From a virus, in the IMG/VR virus record IMGVR_UViG_3300024264_000006, positions 83,637-147,636 of that record: a DNA stretch of 64,000 nucleotides, one strand, 5' to 3'. Of the stretch, positions 7,979 through 17,454 are shown one piece after another. Both the position numbers and the translations under genes were made by a program. Below the pieces are notes generated by a model, which saw nothing but the letters and a program-made list of their open reading frames with translations, was not told the origin of the DNA and ran no database searches. Each line of letters begins with the position of its first letter. The stretch's first letter is position 1.

Positions 7979-8808
7979 GGTGCTCCTGGCGTCATGTTGT
8001 TAAATGTCTCATAAAGCATCTGTGCATAATACGTATGTGTATTTCCACAAGGATGCCCCAGAGGATATAAGAAGCAATCCGGTTTTGATTCAGCAATACT
8101 TGACATGTCTCTGCCGTCACCAAAACCAAGTTTACATTCTGGTCTAAGATACTTTATATAGTGCTTTATTTCTTTTACTGCAAAGGGTAGAACATCTTCT
8201 TCTTTGAGAACACATTTGACATTATTCCACAGATCATAATGTATGACTCCTTGAATCAACTTAATACCTTTAGCATCACACATGTCTTGCATTATGGTCA
8301 TGTAGTTTAGATGATGGAGAACTGGAGTTGCCATGGTGTAGGCATGTTTGAACCAATTTATACAGGCCTGTTCATGTTCTTTTTTCTTTTCGTCTGCCCA
8401 GTGATCGTTCCAACCTCTTAATCCAAAACGTAAACTTCCCTGATAATGATCTGGGATTAATTGATTCATATTGCATTCTTGGAAAATCCAAACCTGTTCG
8501 TCAGTAGGTCTGTGATCCATACTAACAATTTCGGTTCTACCCCAACTAGACCACATGATAACCATATAGTCAACTTGTTTAGAGGTTTTCTGTAAGAAGG
8601 TGGTGCCTCTTCTTAGAATTTTTTGATTGGACGCACCGTTAGCCCCTAAGTTTACATAGTCACGGTCTAAGTGTTCTGCTAGTTTATGAGAGAATGTGAG
8701 ATGATGATGGATAGGCGGCATGGGCCTACCCTTCTCATTGAGTCTTCTAGAGCCAGGCAGTTCATCGCCTTGGGTGAAACTATCACCATTAGTCAGTAGT
8801 ATTCCCAT
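7975..8808 (-). CDS. SGNH/GDSL-like hydrolase or acyltransferase (paralog)
   Basis: GDSFTQGDELPG, NLGANGASN, GHP; collinear with 7226..7978. Confidence 0.7.
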   Translation of the reverse strand: MGILLTNGDSFTQGDELPGSRRLNEKGRPMPPIHHHLTFSHKLAEHLDRDYVNLGANGASNQKILRRGTTFLQKTSKQVDYMVIMWSSWGRTEIVSMDHRPTDEQVWIFQECNMNQLIPDHYQGSLRFGLRGWNDHWADEKKKEHEQACINWFKHAYTMATPVLHHLNYMTIMQDMCDAKGIKLIQGVIHYDLWNNVKCVLKEEDVLPFAVKEIKHYIKYLRPECKLGFGDGRDMSSIAESKPDCFLYPLGHPCGNTHTYYAQMLYETFNNMTPGAP

Positions 8809-9253
8809 GTGTCCTATCGTGCTCGAATAACATCAAAAACCCGTAATGAATAATCTTCATTATATCTTTTCGATGATCTTCTGCTGTTCCCTTTTTTCCG
8901 TAACGTCCATTGTATTTATCAACATTGCCAGAAAAGAAACCCATACCATGACCACGATCAATGATCACTTCAGACGATTGTAGTCCGCCTTGACCATAGT
9001 GTGCACCATAGGTAGAATCGATGTAGTTCTGAAACTCTTCAATAAGTTCACCTTCACGAAATTTATATTCAATTTCTTCCATATCATAATCCAAGTTGTA
9101 GTCACTATCAGTGACCGTAAATATTTCTTCACCGGATGCTCGTTGGGATTCCATTGTTTGTTTTCGTTTGATTTCGCCTAGGTGCATCCGATTCATTTCA
9201 TTCCACTGTTGTGGTGTGATATCATCGATGCTGCCGTTATTTGTTTTCGCCAC
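8789..9253 (-). CDS. DUF3310-like protein
   Basis: TYGAHY...GFFSGNVDKYNGRYGKKG...DIMKIIHY motif. Confidence 0.65.
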   Translation of the reverse strand: MAKTNNGSIDDITPQQWNEMNRMHLGEIKRKQTMESQRASGEEIFTVTDSDYNLDYDMEEIEYKFREGELIEEFQNYIDSTYGAHYGQGGLQSSEVIIDRGHGMGFFSGNVDKYNGRYGKKGTAEDHRKDIMKIIHYGFLMLFEHDRTHGNTTD

Positions 9254-10706
9254 TGTTCAAGTACCTCACTCTGTTGACTTCATATTCATCAAATCCATAT
9301 TCAAACTGGTTCTTTAAAGCATGCCAGTCCCTATACCTGCTATTTTCCAAACAGAAGGCCATCTTATCAGAAACACCTATGTCTGTCAAGCCTAAGGTGT
9401 CTAGAAGTTTACTTTGTTGTGGTGTGGGTTCTTCAAACACTGCAAGATAGTTTAGAGCGTTCTTACGCAACAACCAGAAATTATTGTGGCCCAATATTTG
9501 TTCTACACGTTCTTGGAATGGATGTACCTCAACAAAACCCTTGAAGACGTACTCCGCATTATCCAACTTCTCCAACTTAAACGATAGGGGATAATACTTG
9601 GTATCATTATGAGAACGAACAAAGCACACATTCTTCTGTGGACTGTGTACTACCTCATAGTAGTTGTCCGCTATGAACCCTACACTGTCTTCAACATATG
9701 ATCCTCTTATTGGTTTTACAAAAAGAGTCATACATTTGGATCGGGTCTCACCATACATAATTGCACAATTCAATTGTCTCTCATCACACAGGTCATGAAG
9801 TTCTGGTGTGATCACTCCCATAGGGGAAACGAACTCAATTCTCTTTGCTTGTTCAGGCGTAATATTTCTAGTACAAACTTCCAAGGTTTCTAAATTCTTA
9901 AAGAAGATAACCTTTCTATCATCCATCTCAAAGACGTTCTGTAAGGCCTTACCTAGACCACCCATTTGCCACATCTCTATCCTATCCCACCAGTTCACAA
10001 AGTAGTGTTTTGTTGAACCCATGAAAGAGGCACACGTATATGTGATGAAAGACATGCCATGCAACACATTAAAAGAATGGATACCAATAGTGTCCTTCAT
10101 GTTAAACAATTTATAGTGACGATGAGCTAGACCCCAACACTCCTTGTGAGTATAATATTGGTACTCAAATCCGTCTTCGAACTGACCATCCGAATAGGTG
10201 ACCCAAAAAGGATCGTCAGGTAAAACATCTGGATGATGAAACTCAATCGGTTTATTATAGTTTTCAATGTCTACAGTATCGACGTTTATCATTTCAACCT
10301 CGACAGTATCCTCGTAGTACTCTTCCTGAACTCCATCCAACATCTTAAGTGTCAAGGAATCCCAAAATCCAAATGATGCGGGCAAGTCTGTCGCAACCAT
10401 AGGAACCTTTGCTTTCGGGTTCCAAGCCAAATTAGCAGAAAACACTTGTGCACCTAGTTCTGCACACGCCATAACAAGAGCGGTAGTCTTCACATTATTC
10501 TTCGAAACACCAAGACCGACCAATTGACCCTTGCGTAGTCCATACTCATTTGACAGGTATGCTTTCCATTTGTCAATAGTATTCCAGAAACGTTCCTTGT
10601 CATAAGGTGTTGAATCACCCAACATCTGATTCATGACGTTTCTGAGTTGAAGCTGTTCTCTGTTTTGAATTATGTATCGATCAATAATCATTTTCAATTT
10701 CCTCAA
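9237..10706 (-). CDS. Divergent AMP-binding (ANL/adenylate-forming)-like protein
   Basis: GLRKGQLVGL...ALVMACAELGA, DDPFWVTYSDG and YGET at ANL-like spacing; P-loop degenerate. Confidence 0.5.
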   Translation of the reverse strand: MRKLKMIIDRYIIQNREQLQLRNVMNQMLGDSTPYDKERFWNTIDKWKAYLSNEYGLRKGQLVGLGVSKNNVKTTALVMACAELGAQVFSANLAWNPKAKVPMVATDLPASFGFWDSLTLKMLDGVQEEYYEDTVEVEMINVDTVDIENYNKPIEFHHPDVLPDDPFWVTYSDGQFEDGFEYQYYTHKECWGLAHRHYKLFNMKDTIGIHSFNVLHGMSFITYTCASFMGSTKHYFVNWWDRIEMWQMGGLGKALQNVFEMDDRKVIFFKNLETLEVCTRNITPEQAKRIEFVSPMGVITPELHDLCDERQLNCAIMYGETRSKCMTLFVKPIRGSYVEDSVGFIADNYYEVVHSPQKNVCFVRSHNDTKYYPLSFKLEKLDNAEYVFKGFVEVHPFQERVEQILGHNNFWLLRKNALNYLAVFEEPTPQQSKLLDTLGLTDIGVSDKMAFCLENSRYRDWHALKNQFEYGFDEYEVNRVRYLNSGENK

Positions 10707-11352
10707 TTAACATATCACGTAACTGTATTGCATTTTCATCACGGGAATCATTTTTACCATATCCGCAGAATTTATATGCGAGAGTAATACGTTCTCCACC
10801 AGCGTAGGCGGCATGCCAAAATATATTTTCAGGTTCTTCTTTTGGCCCAAAGTAATAGTGTCTGCACTGCCAACCTTTGACATCTGGAATAGTGACTACT
10901 TCGTCTTTCTCATTATCATAATAAGTAAAGTAACCATCACCATCTGACCAAGTAAAGAGAACTTGATAGGCAGAGGCATCCCAGTTAGTGTGCCATCCAA
11001 CAAAACCGCCTGGCGGATAATACGACAAAAGGGCACTAGTGTGTGCCCCTATCTCAGCAGCGAATTCAAACTTGACCATGTTCATATATGAAGACCAAAC
11101 ATTCGGGTCTTCACGCACCATCTTTCCAATCGGTTGTGCGAAATGCCTGTCCGGTGGGCCTACCAGTCCACCCTTGAGAGATACGTCTCTAAGGTATTCT
11201 TCACTGGTGTAATACTCACCCTTCTCCATGTCCTCAGTAGAACTGTAAGCGTAGTACTTGGGGTTTCTGTAACCCTCTGTAGAGAACATCTCATCTTTGA
11301 ACTTATCAAGAGTAACAAGAAACGTCTTGTTGCGAATCGTGACTTCGGACAT
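10681..11352 (-). CDS. 2OG-Fe(II)/DSBH oxygenase-like protein
   Basis: YPPGGFVGWHTN...FWH...RITL; paralog of 40166..40813. Confidence 0.6.
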   Translation of the reverse strand: MSEVTIRNKTFLVTLDKFKDEMFSTEGYRNPKYYAYSSTEDMEKGEYYTSEEYLRDVSLKGGLVGPPDRHFAQPIGKMVREDPNVWSSYMNMVKFEFAAEIGAHTSALLSYYPPGGFVGWHTNWDASAYQVLFTWSDGDGYFTYYDNEKDEVVTIPDVKGWQCRHYYFGPKEEPENIFWHAAYAGGERITLAYKFCGYGKNDSRDENAIQLRDMLIEEIENDY

Positions 11353-11621
11353 TAGATAATAAGACCGGATACCGCTTGACGATATGAAGAAGCAAAGTCA
11401 TCACTAGTTGCTACCACATACACATAATTTTTAAACTGAGCGCTGGTAGGATTTTCACGGCCGGTCATACAGACACCACGTGCAAATCCAATCTCGTTTT
11501 CGGCCGTTGCAACCAACATACGAGGATCGTTGATCAAAAGAACACCGTCTTTCTCACCATTATATTTACCAACATATTCACCACTCTGTGCTACCACAGA
11601 TACAATATCATTTTTCTTCAT
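11352..11621 (-). CDS. Small Sm/SH3-like beta-barrel protein
   Basis: IVSVVAQSGEYVGK pattern, typical of small T4-like Sm-fold proteins. Confidence 0.5.
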   Translation of the reverse strand: MKKNDIVSVVAQSGEYVGKYNGEKDGVLLINDPRMLVATAENEIGFARGVCMTGRENPTSAQFKNYVYVVATSDDFASSYRQAVSGLII

Positions 11622-11781
11622 TTCTTATTCCCTTTTTAAAAGACCACTGATCAGTGATATCATTTTTCTCCCAGATAATAGTATCACCGACCTTAAGGTC
11701 AAGTGCATCCATCATCTCATCAGAGAATTCTAAACACTGATAGCCGTCACTATCTTCAATTACGTTACACGTATAAATCAT
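11608..11781 (-). CDS. AbrB/MazE-like small protein, 57 aa (not in ORF track)
   Basis: MIYTCNVIEDSDGYQCLEFSDEMMDALDLKVGDTIIWEK...; ATGA-coupled to thyX. Confidence 0.65.
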   Translation of the reverse strand: MIYTCNVIEDSDGYQCLEFSDEMMDALDLKVGDTIIWEKNDITDQWSFKKGIRNEEK

Positions 11782-12530
11782 CCTGTAAACTTACCCGTTT
11801 CAATATCAACACCCGCATCATCTACAAGTCTTTGTTTAGGTTCAGGATCAAATGCCTTCATTACATTCGGGAAGTGCACACCCAATAAATCCCAACAATC
11901 TTTAGCAATCAACATATGTTCTTTCTGTGTACCATTAGCCATTCGCAATTGACAGTAGTGAATCCATGATCGAAGTGTACCAGACACATAAAGAGTTGTC
12001 TCTGTGTTACCTTCAGGTAGGACTGCACGTGCTTGTTCTTTTGCGATACCATTATCTAGTGCCCACTTATAGACTTGTTTTGACTTATTGATAACTTCAG
12101 ACTGTTTCATATTCCAGTTTTCGTACAGGCGTTCTTCTTGAGTTTTATTACCACCCTTACCAAAGTCTTCGATATCTAGGTCAACAGAATTCTGTCGGTT
12201 CTTGGGGTCTTGCAGTCTTGCAGCCCTCTGAGTAAAGTCTTCACTGACCGCATACCTCTGAGAGAATTCTTGAAATGAAAACGAGCGGTGTCGAATAATT
12301 TGTCGAGAAATATCACGAGTCGTTGTAATTTCTATAGTTGCACTAACCATTTCAAAGGGTGACCAGTGTTGTTCACGGATCAAGTATTTCAACAGTTTTG
12401 GGGCCGTTTCTTTGTTCGCCTGATTGCCTGGGTTACTAACTCTAGCTGCATACGCAACAAGTTCTTCAGCAGTATGACAATCAGTGATTGCACTGGGTTG
12501 ACTTAGAGAAATTAATTTAATCTTGCTCAT
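11778..12530 (-). CDS. thyX: Flavin-dependent thymidylate synthase
   Basis: RHRSFSFQEFSQRY signature; HWSPFE; EQARAVLP. Confidence 0.95.
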   Translation of the reverse strand: MSKIKLISLSQPSAITDCHTAEELVAYAARVSNPGNQANKETAPKLLKYLIREQHWSPFEMVSATIEITTTRDISRQIIRHRSFSFQEFSQRYAVSEDFTQRAARLQDPKNRQNSVDLDIEDFGKGGNKTQEERLYENWNMKQSEVINKSKQVYKWALDNGIAKEQARAVLPEGNTETTLYVSGTLRSWIHYCQLRMANGTQKEHMLIAKDCWDLLGVHFPNVMKAFDPEPKQRLVDDAGVDIETGKFTG

Positions 12531-12711
12531 TTTTTATTTCATTTTCCTTTTCTTCGTCGAACCAGCCCTTCTCCATGAAATATTCAAGGGCTTCTTCGAC
12601 TCCTTCTATTTTGCCTTCTTCTTTTCCAAGATATCTTGCTATATACCATACAGGTACTATAACTAACAAAGAATAGAATAAGTGTTCCCACATTCCAATT
12701 GGTTCAGACAT
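12517..12711 (-). CDS. Small membrane protein
   Basis: Single TM segment; coupled to gp41. Confidence 0.6.
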   Translation of the reverse strand: MSEPIGMWEHLFYSLLVIVPVWYIARYLGKEEGKIEGVEEALEYFMEKGWFDEEKENEIKNEQD

Positions 12712-14102
12712 TAGATTTTAAATCCTCTGAATTTATTTTCCATGTTCAATCTCTCACCAGAGGCAGAGTTATCAAACGCTGGGCCATTGTCCTCTTCTTC
12801 CTGTTCAGAAGATTGATCACAATCGTATAACCGCATCTTACTACGATCCACACCAAGTACGAAACGTGCATTGTATGTAGGATCATTATATCGGTTCTTA
12901 AGTTGTTTAACCAACATCTTACCTTGTGCTTGTAATTCTTGATTTGATATCAAGGCAAACATAAAGTCAGCAGTTGCGGGAAGTCCGAATGATTCGGAAG
13001 TATCTTCCAGACCGACATCATCATTAGAGTAACCAGAACGTGTTGTCTGCGTGGCAGATACGATTGGTAGATCGAACTCCACAGCAAGTCCACGTAACTC
13101 TTCTGCAATACTCTTGATGTAAGTGTACGAGTTAATTGCACCACCCATAGACTTCATACGTGAAGAGGCACAGATGTTTAGATAGTCAATGTAGATGATA
13201 TCAGGAACAAAGTTCTTTTTCAGTTTCAGTTCATTGAGAAGGGCACGGAAATGACTGGCGTTCGCTTGTCCTGTAGGATACTCCTTGACAATTAACTTGC
13301 CTTGAGTTTTACGGGATATCTCACCCACCCTATCACGGAACATATCCAGAGAGAGGTTCTCAAGTTGATCTATTGGAACATTCAATAGATTAGCATCGAT
13401 ACGTTCAGCAATGCGTTCCTCAGCCATTTCCATAGTGACATATAATACATTCTTACCTTGGGAAAGGTTAGCTCCAGCACAGTGGCACATAAAAAGGGAT
13501 TTACCTACACCCGTACCCGCAAGGGCAATGTTCAGGGTCTTGTTAGGCATTCCACCCTTAGTGATGGAGTTGAAGTATTCTAGATCAAACGGTAGTCGTT
13601 CTTCCTTCTCATGATAGAAGTTGTAACGAGAGTCTACGTTCTCTAGATAGTCATGACCAATGTTGGTATCAAAGGTAACCGCCAATGCCTTGGTCAGAAC
13701 ATCGGGGATAGAACCCTTGGAGAGGGTCTTGTGTTTACCTTCAATAATGTTGATTGATTCCATGACAGCATTGAATACGGCCCGATCTTGGCACCATGAT
13801 TCAGTACGGTCAACTAACCAATCTAAATTAGTGTTTTCTTCTTTCTGAAATAAGTTAGGTAGTATCTCCATTGCATGACGGTACTGTTCATCCGACATAC
13901 GATCACCTTCATCAATCTCAATCTTGAAGGCTTCCATCGTAGGAAGTTTGTTGTACTTGGCAATGAACTTGGTAAACTCTTTGAATAGAGATCGATACAC
14001 ACCATCAAAATAATCTGGTTGTACGAATGCAGCTACTTTACGAGCATACTGATCATTTGTTACTAGGTTTTTGAGTACGGTTTGTTCTAAATTAATTTCC
14101 AC
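12711..14102 (-). CDS. gp41: Replicative DNA helicase (T4 gp41)
   Basis: Walker A AGTGVGKS, VTMEMAEE, IDYLNI, SESFGLPATAD; probable GTG start at 14102. Confidence 0.95.
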   Translation of the reverse strand: MEINLEQTVLKNLVTNDQYARKVAAFVQPDYFDGVYRSLFKEFTKFIAKYNKLPTMEAFKIEIDEGDRMSDEQYRHAMEILPNLFQKEENTNLDWLVDRTESWCQDRAVFNAVMESINIIEGKHKTLSKGSIPDVLTKALAVTFDTNIGHDYLENVDSRYNFYHEKEERLPFDLEYFNSITKGGMPNKTLNIALAGTGVGKSLFMCHCAGANLSQGKNVLYVTMEMAEERIAERIDANLLNVPIDQLENLSLDMFRDRVGEISRKTQGKLIVKEYPTGQANASHFRALLNELKLKKNFVPDIIYIDYLNICASSRMKSMGGAINSYTYIKSIAEELRGLAVEFDLPIVSATQTTRSGYSNDDVGLEDTSESFGLPATADFMFALISNQELQAQGKMLVKQLKNRYNDPTYNARFVLGVDRSKMRLYDCDQSSEQEEEDNGPAFDNSASGERLNMENKFRGFKI

Positions 14103-14433
14103 TAGTTCTCTCTTTTGCGACAAGCCAACCTTCAGCATGAGCAGTCTCTAAAATATCTTCTAGAATATCTGCAGCATGTTCCTGAAGGTCAGTGTCTTCA
14201 GTTGTTATGTCAGGGTCAGGGGTATATACTATCACAAAATTGAACGTAAGGCAATCCCTTTTTCCATCAAACGCAACATTACCATAACGAATAACAGTTT
14301 CCACAAAATCTCCACGTAGGATGCGAACATCCCACGCTTGATCATTTGGAGAGTCTTCTACGGGGATAAGATCATAATCCAACCCCACACAAACTTTGTC
14401 TACATTAAGCTTCGGCATACTCAGCAATCTCAT
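14092..14433 (-). CDS. Hypothetical protein between uvsX and gp41 (gp40 position)
   Basis: ORF and synteny. Confidence 0.65.
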   Translation of the reverse strand: MRLLSMPKLNVDKVCVGLDYDLIPVEDSPNDQAWDVRILRGDFVETVIRYGNVAFDGKRDCLTFNFVIVYTPDPDITTEDTDLQEHAADILEDILETAHAEGWLVAKERTSGN

Positions 14434-15460
14434 CCATGTCTACTTGAGTAGGAAGACCAATCTGGTATTGCTTTTTCAGGAACTCAGCGAAGTCGGTGAA
14501 TTCAAAGATTGGTGTCCAGAATTCTTCTTTGAGAGTTTCTGCTAACCGTACTTTCGGTTCAGAGACCTCTCCGCTTTCCCTATCAACACGAGCATACCAA
14601 CCATTGGAAGGTTTAATACAATAACCACCAGCAAGAGCAGCGTCCAACAAACCACTAAAACGCTCCACGCCACCATCCCAAGAAACAGAGATAGGGATTT
14701 TACTTTTCTCTTTAACATATCGAGACTTTTCAACATTAATGATGAAATCATATCCAGTAACCTCCGTACCAGTTTTATTCTGTCTGCGTCCAAGAATCCA
14801 GATGTTGTCTGCACTGTAGTAAATACCAGTACCACCACCTACGACATCTTTCGGAAACAAACCAATTTCTTTATATGTATGGTTTACGGCCAACAAAGGA
14901 ATATTTTTCATTGCAAGGTATGGAGTTGTCATACGGAACAGACCTTTCAGTGCCTTCGCACGTGACATGTCTGCAACAGACTTCTCGTTGATTGCATCTT
15001 CAAGTTCTTTCTTAGATGCGAGGTTACCAATAGAATCAATAACCACAATAACATTGTCAGTTCTTTCCATAGATTCAAGTTGACTGATTAGGTCAAACTT
15101 AAGTTCTTCTACGTTTGTGATAGGAGTATGTAGAACCCGACTAGTGTCAATTCCAAACTGTGTGAAATAAGACTGGGGTGAACCAAACTCACTATCGTAA
15201 AATAGCATGACCGCATCTTTTTTCTCCCGTAGATAAGCACCCGCCATCAATAGGGCGAATGACGTTTTAAAGTGTTTACTAGGGCCTGCTAGTACAGTCA
15301 GGCCAGGCGTAACACCACCATCGATTGATCCCGACAATGCCACATTAACCATTGGCACATCGGTGGTCACCATATCTTTTTCAGTAAAGAATTTACTCTC
15401 CGACAGTACTTCCGTTGCCTTGATCTTTGAGTTCTTCCTCAGTTTGTCCATCACGCTCAT
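14405..15460 (-). CDS. uvsX: RecA-like recombinase UvsX
   Basis: GPSKHFKT P-loop, FYDSEFG, IDSIGNLASKKE; start MSVMDKL. Confidence 0.95.
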   Translation of the reverse strand: MSVMDKLRKNSKIKATEVLSESKFFTEKDMVTTDVPMVNVALSGSIDGGVTPGLTVLAGPSKHFKTSFALLMAGAYLREKKDAVMLFYDSEFGSPQSYFTQFGIDTSRVLHTPITNVEELKFDLISQLESMERTDNVIVVIDSIGNLASKKELEDAINEKSVADMSRAKALKGLFRMTTPYLAMKNIPLLAVNHTYKEIGLFPKDVVGGGTGIYYSADNIWILGRRQNKTGTEVTGYDFIINVEKSRYVKEKSKIPISVSWDGGVERFSGLLDAALAGGYCIKPSNGWYARVDRESGEVSEPKVRLAETLKEEFWTPIFEFTDFAEFLKKQYQIGLPTQVDMDEIAEYAEA

Positions 15461-16433
15461 TATCATCTCCAAATGTAATATTATTAACTTTCTCTCTTTC
15501 ATCCAACTCGTAGTGTCTACGATATCCAGAATTGATATCTAGAACTTTCTCTAACAAGTCAAACGAAATAGTCTCACCAGCTTCATTCTTAAACTCAGAG
15601 AATTTAAGAAAAGCCATTGTGTCTTTAGGTAGACACGCACCACCAAACCCACGCTTCCTGTCATAGCCAGGCACACGAGTGTGTCCAATACCTACACGAG
15701 GGTCATTACCCATTACACGTGTAATAATATTGTAACTACAACCAAACGCATTCACCAGATCAAAGAACTGGTTGAAAAACGTTACCTTGGTCGAAAGGTA
15801 TGAATTGATTCCGTACTTCACAAAGGATGCCTCTGCGGCTGACATACGGTAATATTGATCCGACTTACACAAACTGAAGATATCATAAATCTCTGTCAGT
15901 TCACCAGTGGCGTTTGGTGCACCACCCAATACATGGAACTCCGCATTCACGAATTGTTCCTCTGCGTTCTTCTCTGTGAGGAACTCAGGATTGTATACGA
16001 GTCTTTCCACACCATCTTCAAACATAGAGTTGTATAGTCTATCGATGATGTCTGGTGTGATTGTTGATTTAATAACAACCAACGCTTCGGTGTGTTCTAT
16101 TAGTTTGAGTACCGCATCTTCTACAATAGACGCATCAACAAATCCAGATTCAGGATTCATTGGTGTTGGTGCACATACAAAAACACACATAGGACTGAAC
16201 TCAACCATTGAGTCAATGTCCGTATCATACTTCGGGTCAACAATATGTAAGTCAACTAAAGGATGACAGAATGCATACTCTACTGCACGACCAACAAAAC
16301 CATGCCCTACAATACCCAAACGAAATGGGTTTGTTGGACTGATCGGTTTCTGTTTGTCCGCTGTTGTCAAACCATCGGTGTCGGTTAACCCCTTCGGTTT
16401 ATATTGATCAAAATCATCTGCCATTTGTAACAT
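15393..16433 (-). CDS. UDP-glucose/GDP-mannose dehydrogenase family (short form)
   Basis: GHGFVG Rossmann motif, KST, YNPEFL, GFGGACLPKD. Confidence 0.85.
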   Translation of the reverse strand: MLQMADDFDQYKPKGLTDTDGLTTADKQKPISPTNPFRLGIVGHGFVGRAVEYAFCHPLVDLHIVDPKYDTDIDSMVEFSPMCVFVCAPTPMNPESGFVDASIVEDAVLKLIEHTEALVVIKSTITPDIIDRLYNSMFEDGVERLVYNPEFLTEKNAEEQFVNAEFHVLGGAPNATGELTEIYDIFSLCKSDQYYRMSAAEASFVKYGINSYLSTKVTFFNQFFDLVNAFGCSYNIITRVMGNDPRVGIGHTRVPGYDRKRGFGGACLPKDTMAFLKFSEFKNEAGETISFDLLEKVLDINSGYRRHYELDEREKVNNITFGDDNERDGQTEEELKDQGNGSTVGE

Positions 16434-17454
16434 CTCCTATTTTCGGTATCCATTCGGCATACCATTGATAAAAATTAGTAACACCGTGTTCTATTGACAC
16501 CTTCGGTTTGTACCCGAATGCCTGAAGCTTTTCGGTGTTACTCCAAGTCTCTGTTGTATCAGCTGGGTGTTTAGGCACCATATTCATTATAGCTTTCTTG
16601 CCACAATTCTGTTCTATTGAATTAATAAAGTCCAATAGATTTACCTGTTCACCCCGTCCGATATTGAATATTTCATTTGATTCAATTTTACCAGAGTCAA
16701 AGTTCTCCAACACAATCTCAATACCATCTAGGATATCTTCGATGTATGTGAAGTCTCGCTTCATATCCCCATAATTATACACGTCAATTGGTTCTCCGGC
16801 AAGTATTTTTTTCGTAAATTGAAAAAGAGCCATGTCCGGTCTGCCCCAAGGGCCGTATACAGTGAAGAATCTTAACCCAACATTTTCAATTCCGGATATC
16901 TTGAATTGACATTCATTTACATACTTGGTATAAGCATAAGCGTTGAGTTGGTGTGCCTGTACATTATCTTCTTTCCATCCGTCTTCAGTGATAGGTGTAC
17001 CACCATACACAGAACTAGTAGAGGCGTAAATTACTTTGGGTCTATCTTCGGGTTTCAACTGATTAATAAAATCGATCATACACTGAGTACCGTTGATATT
17101 GTTAGAGTGGTACTCACCCTCTTTACCAAAAGAATCCCTTACACCCGCATGAGCGGCTAGGTGAATTATATAATCAAACCCATACTTGGTATCATCCGCT
17201 CTTCTATCGGGGTCTGCGATTGCTTGGTCTGAGTTAGTGAACACGTGATCCCACAGAGAATTACTTCTGATATCAATCTCTGTCCAAGTTGGTAGTTTGA
17301 AATAATCTCTTCGTCTGACTTTAAGTCTATTTTTGTAAAGATGGTTGTTGAAGTTGTCAATCATAATAACATCATGATTTGCCATAAGGCGATTGTGAAG
17401 TTGTGATCCAATAAACCCCGCTCCACCAGTTACTAATATTCTTTTTCTATCCAT
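16414..17454 (-). CDS. NAD-dependent epimerase (UDP-glucuronate 4-epimerase-like)
   Basis: TGGAGFIG, HLAAHAGVR, YAYTK, LRFFTVYGPWGRPDMA. Confidence 0.9.
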   Translation of the reverse strand: MDRKRILVTGGAGFIGSQLHNRLMANHDVIMIDNFNNHLYKNRLKVRRRDYFKLPTWTEIDIRSNSLWDHVFTNSDQAIADPDRRADDTKYGFDYIIHLAAHAGVRDSFGKEGEYHSNNINGTQCMIDFINQLKPEDRPKVIYASTSSVYGGTPITEDGWKEDNVQAHQLNAYAYTKYVNECQFKISGIENVGLRFFTVYGPWGRPDMALFQFTKKILAGEPIDVYNYGDMKRDFTYIEDILDGIEIVLENFDSGKIESNEIFNIGRGEQVNLLDFINSIEQNCGKKAIMNMVPKHPADTTETWSNTEKLQAFGYKPKVSIEHGVTNFYQWYAEWIPKIGDVTNGR

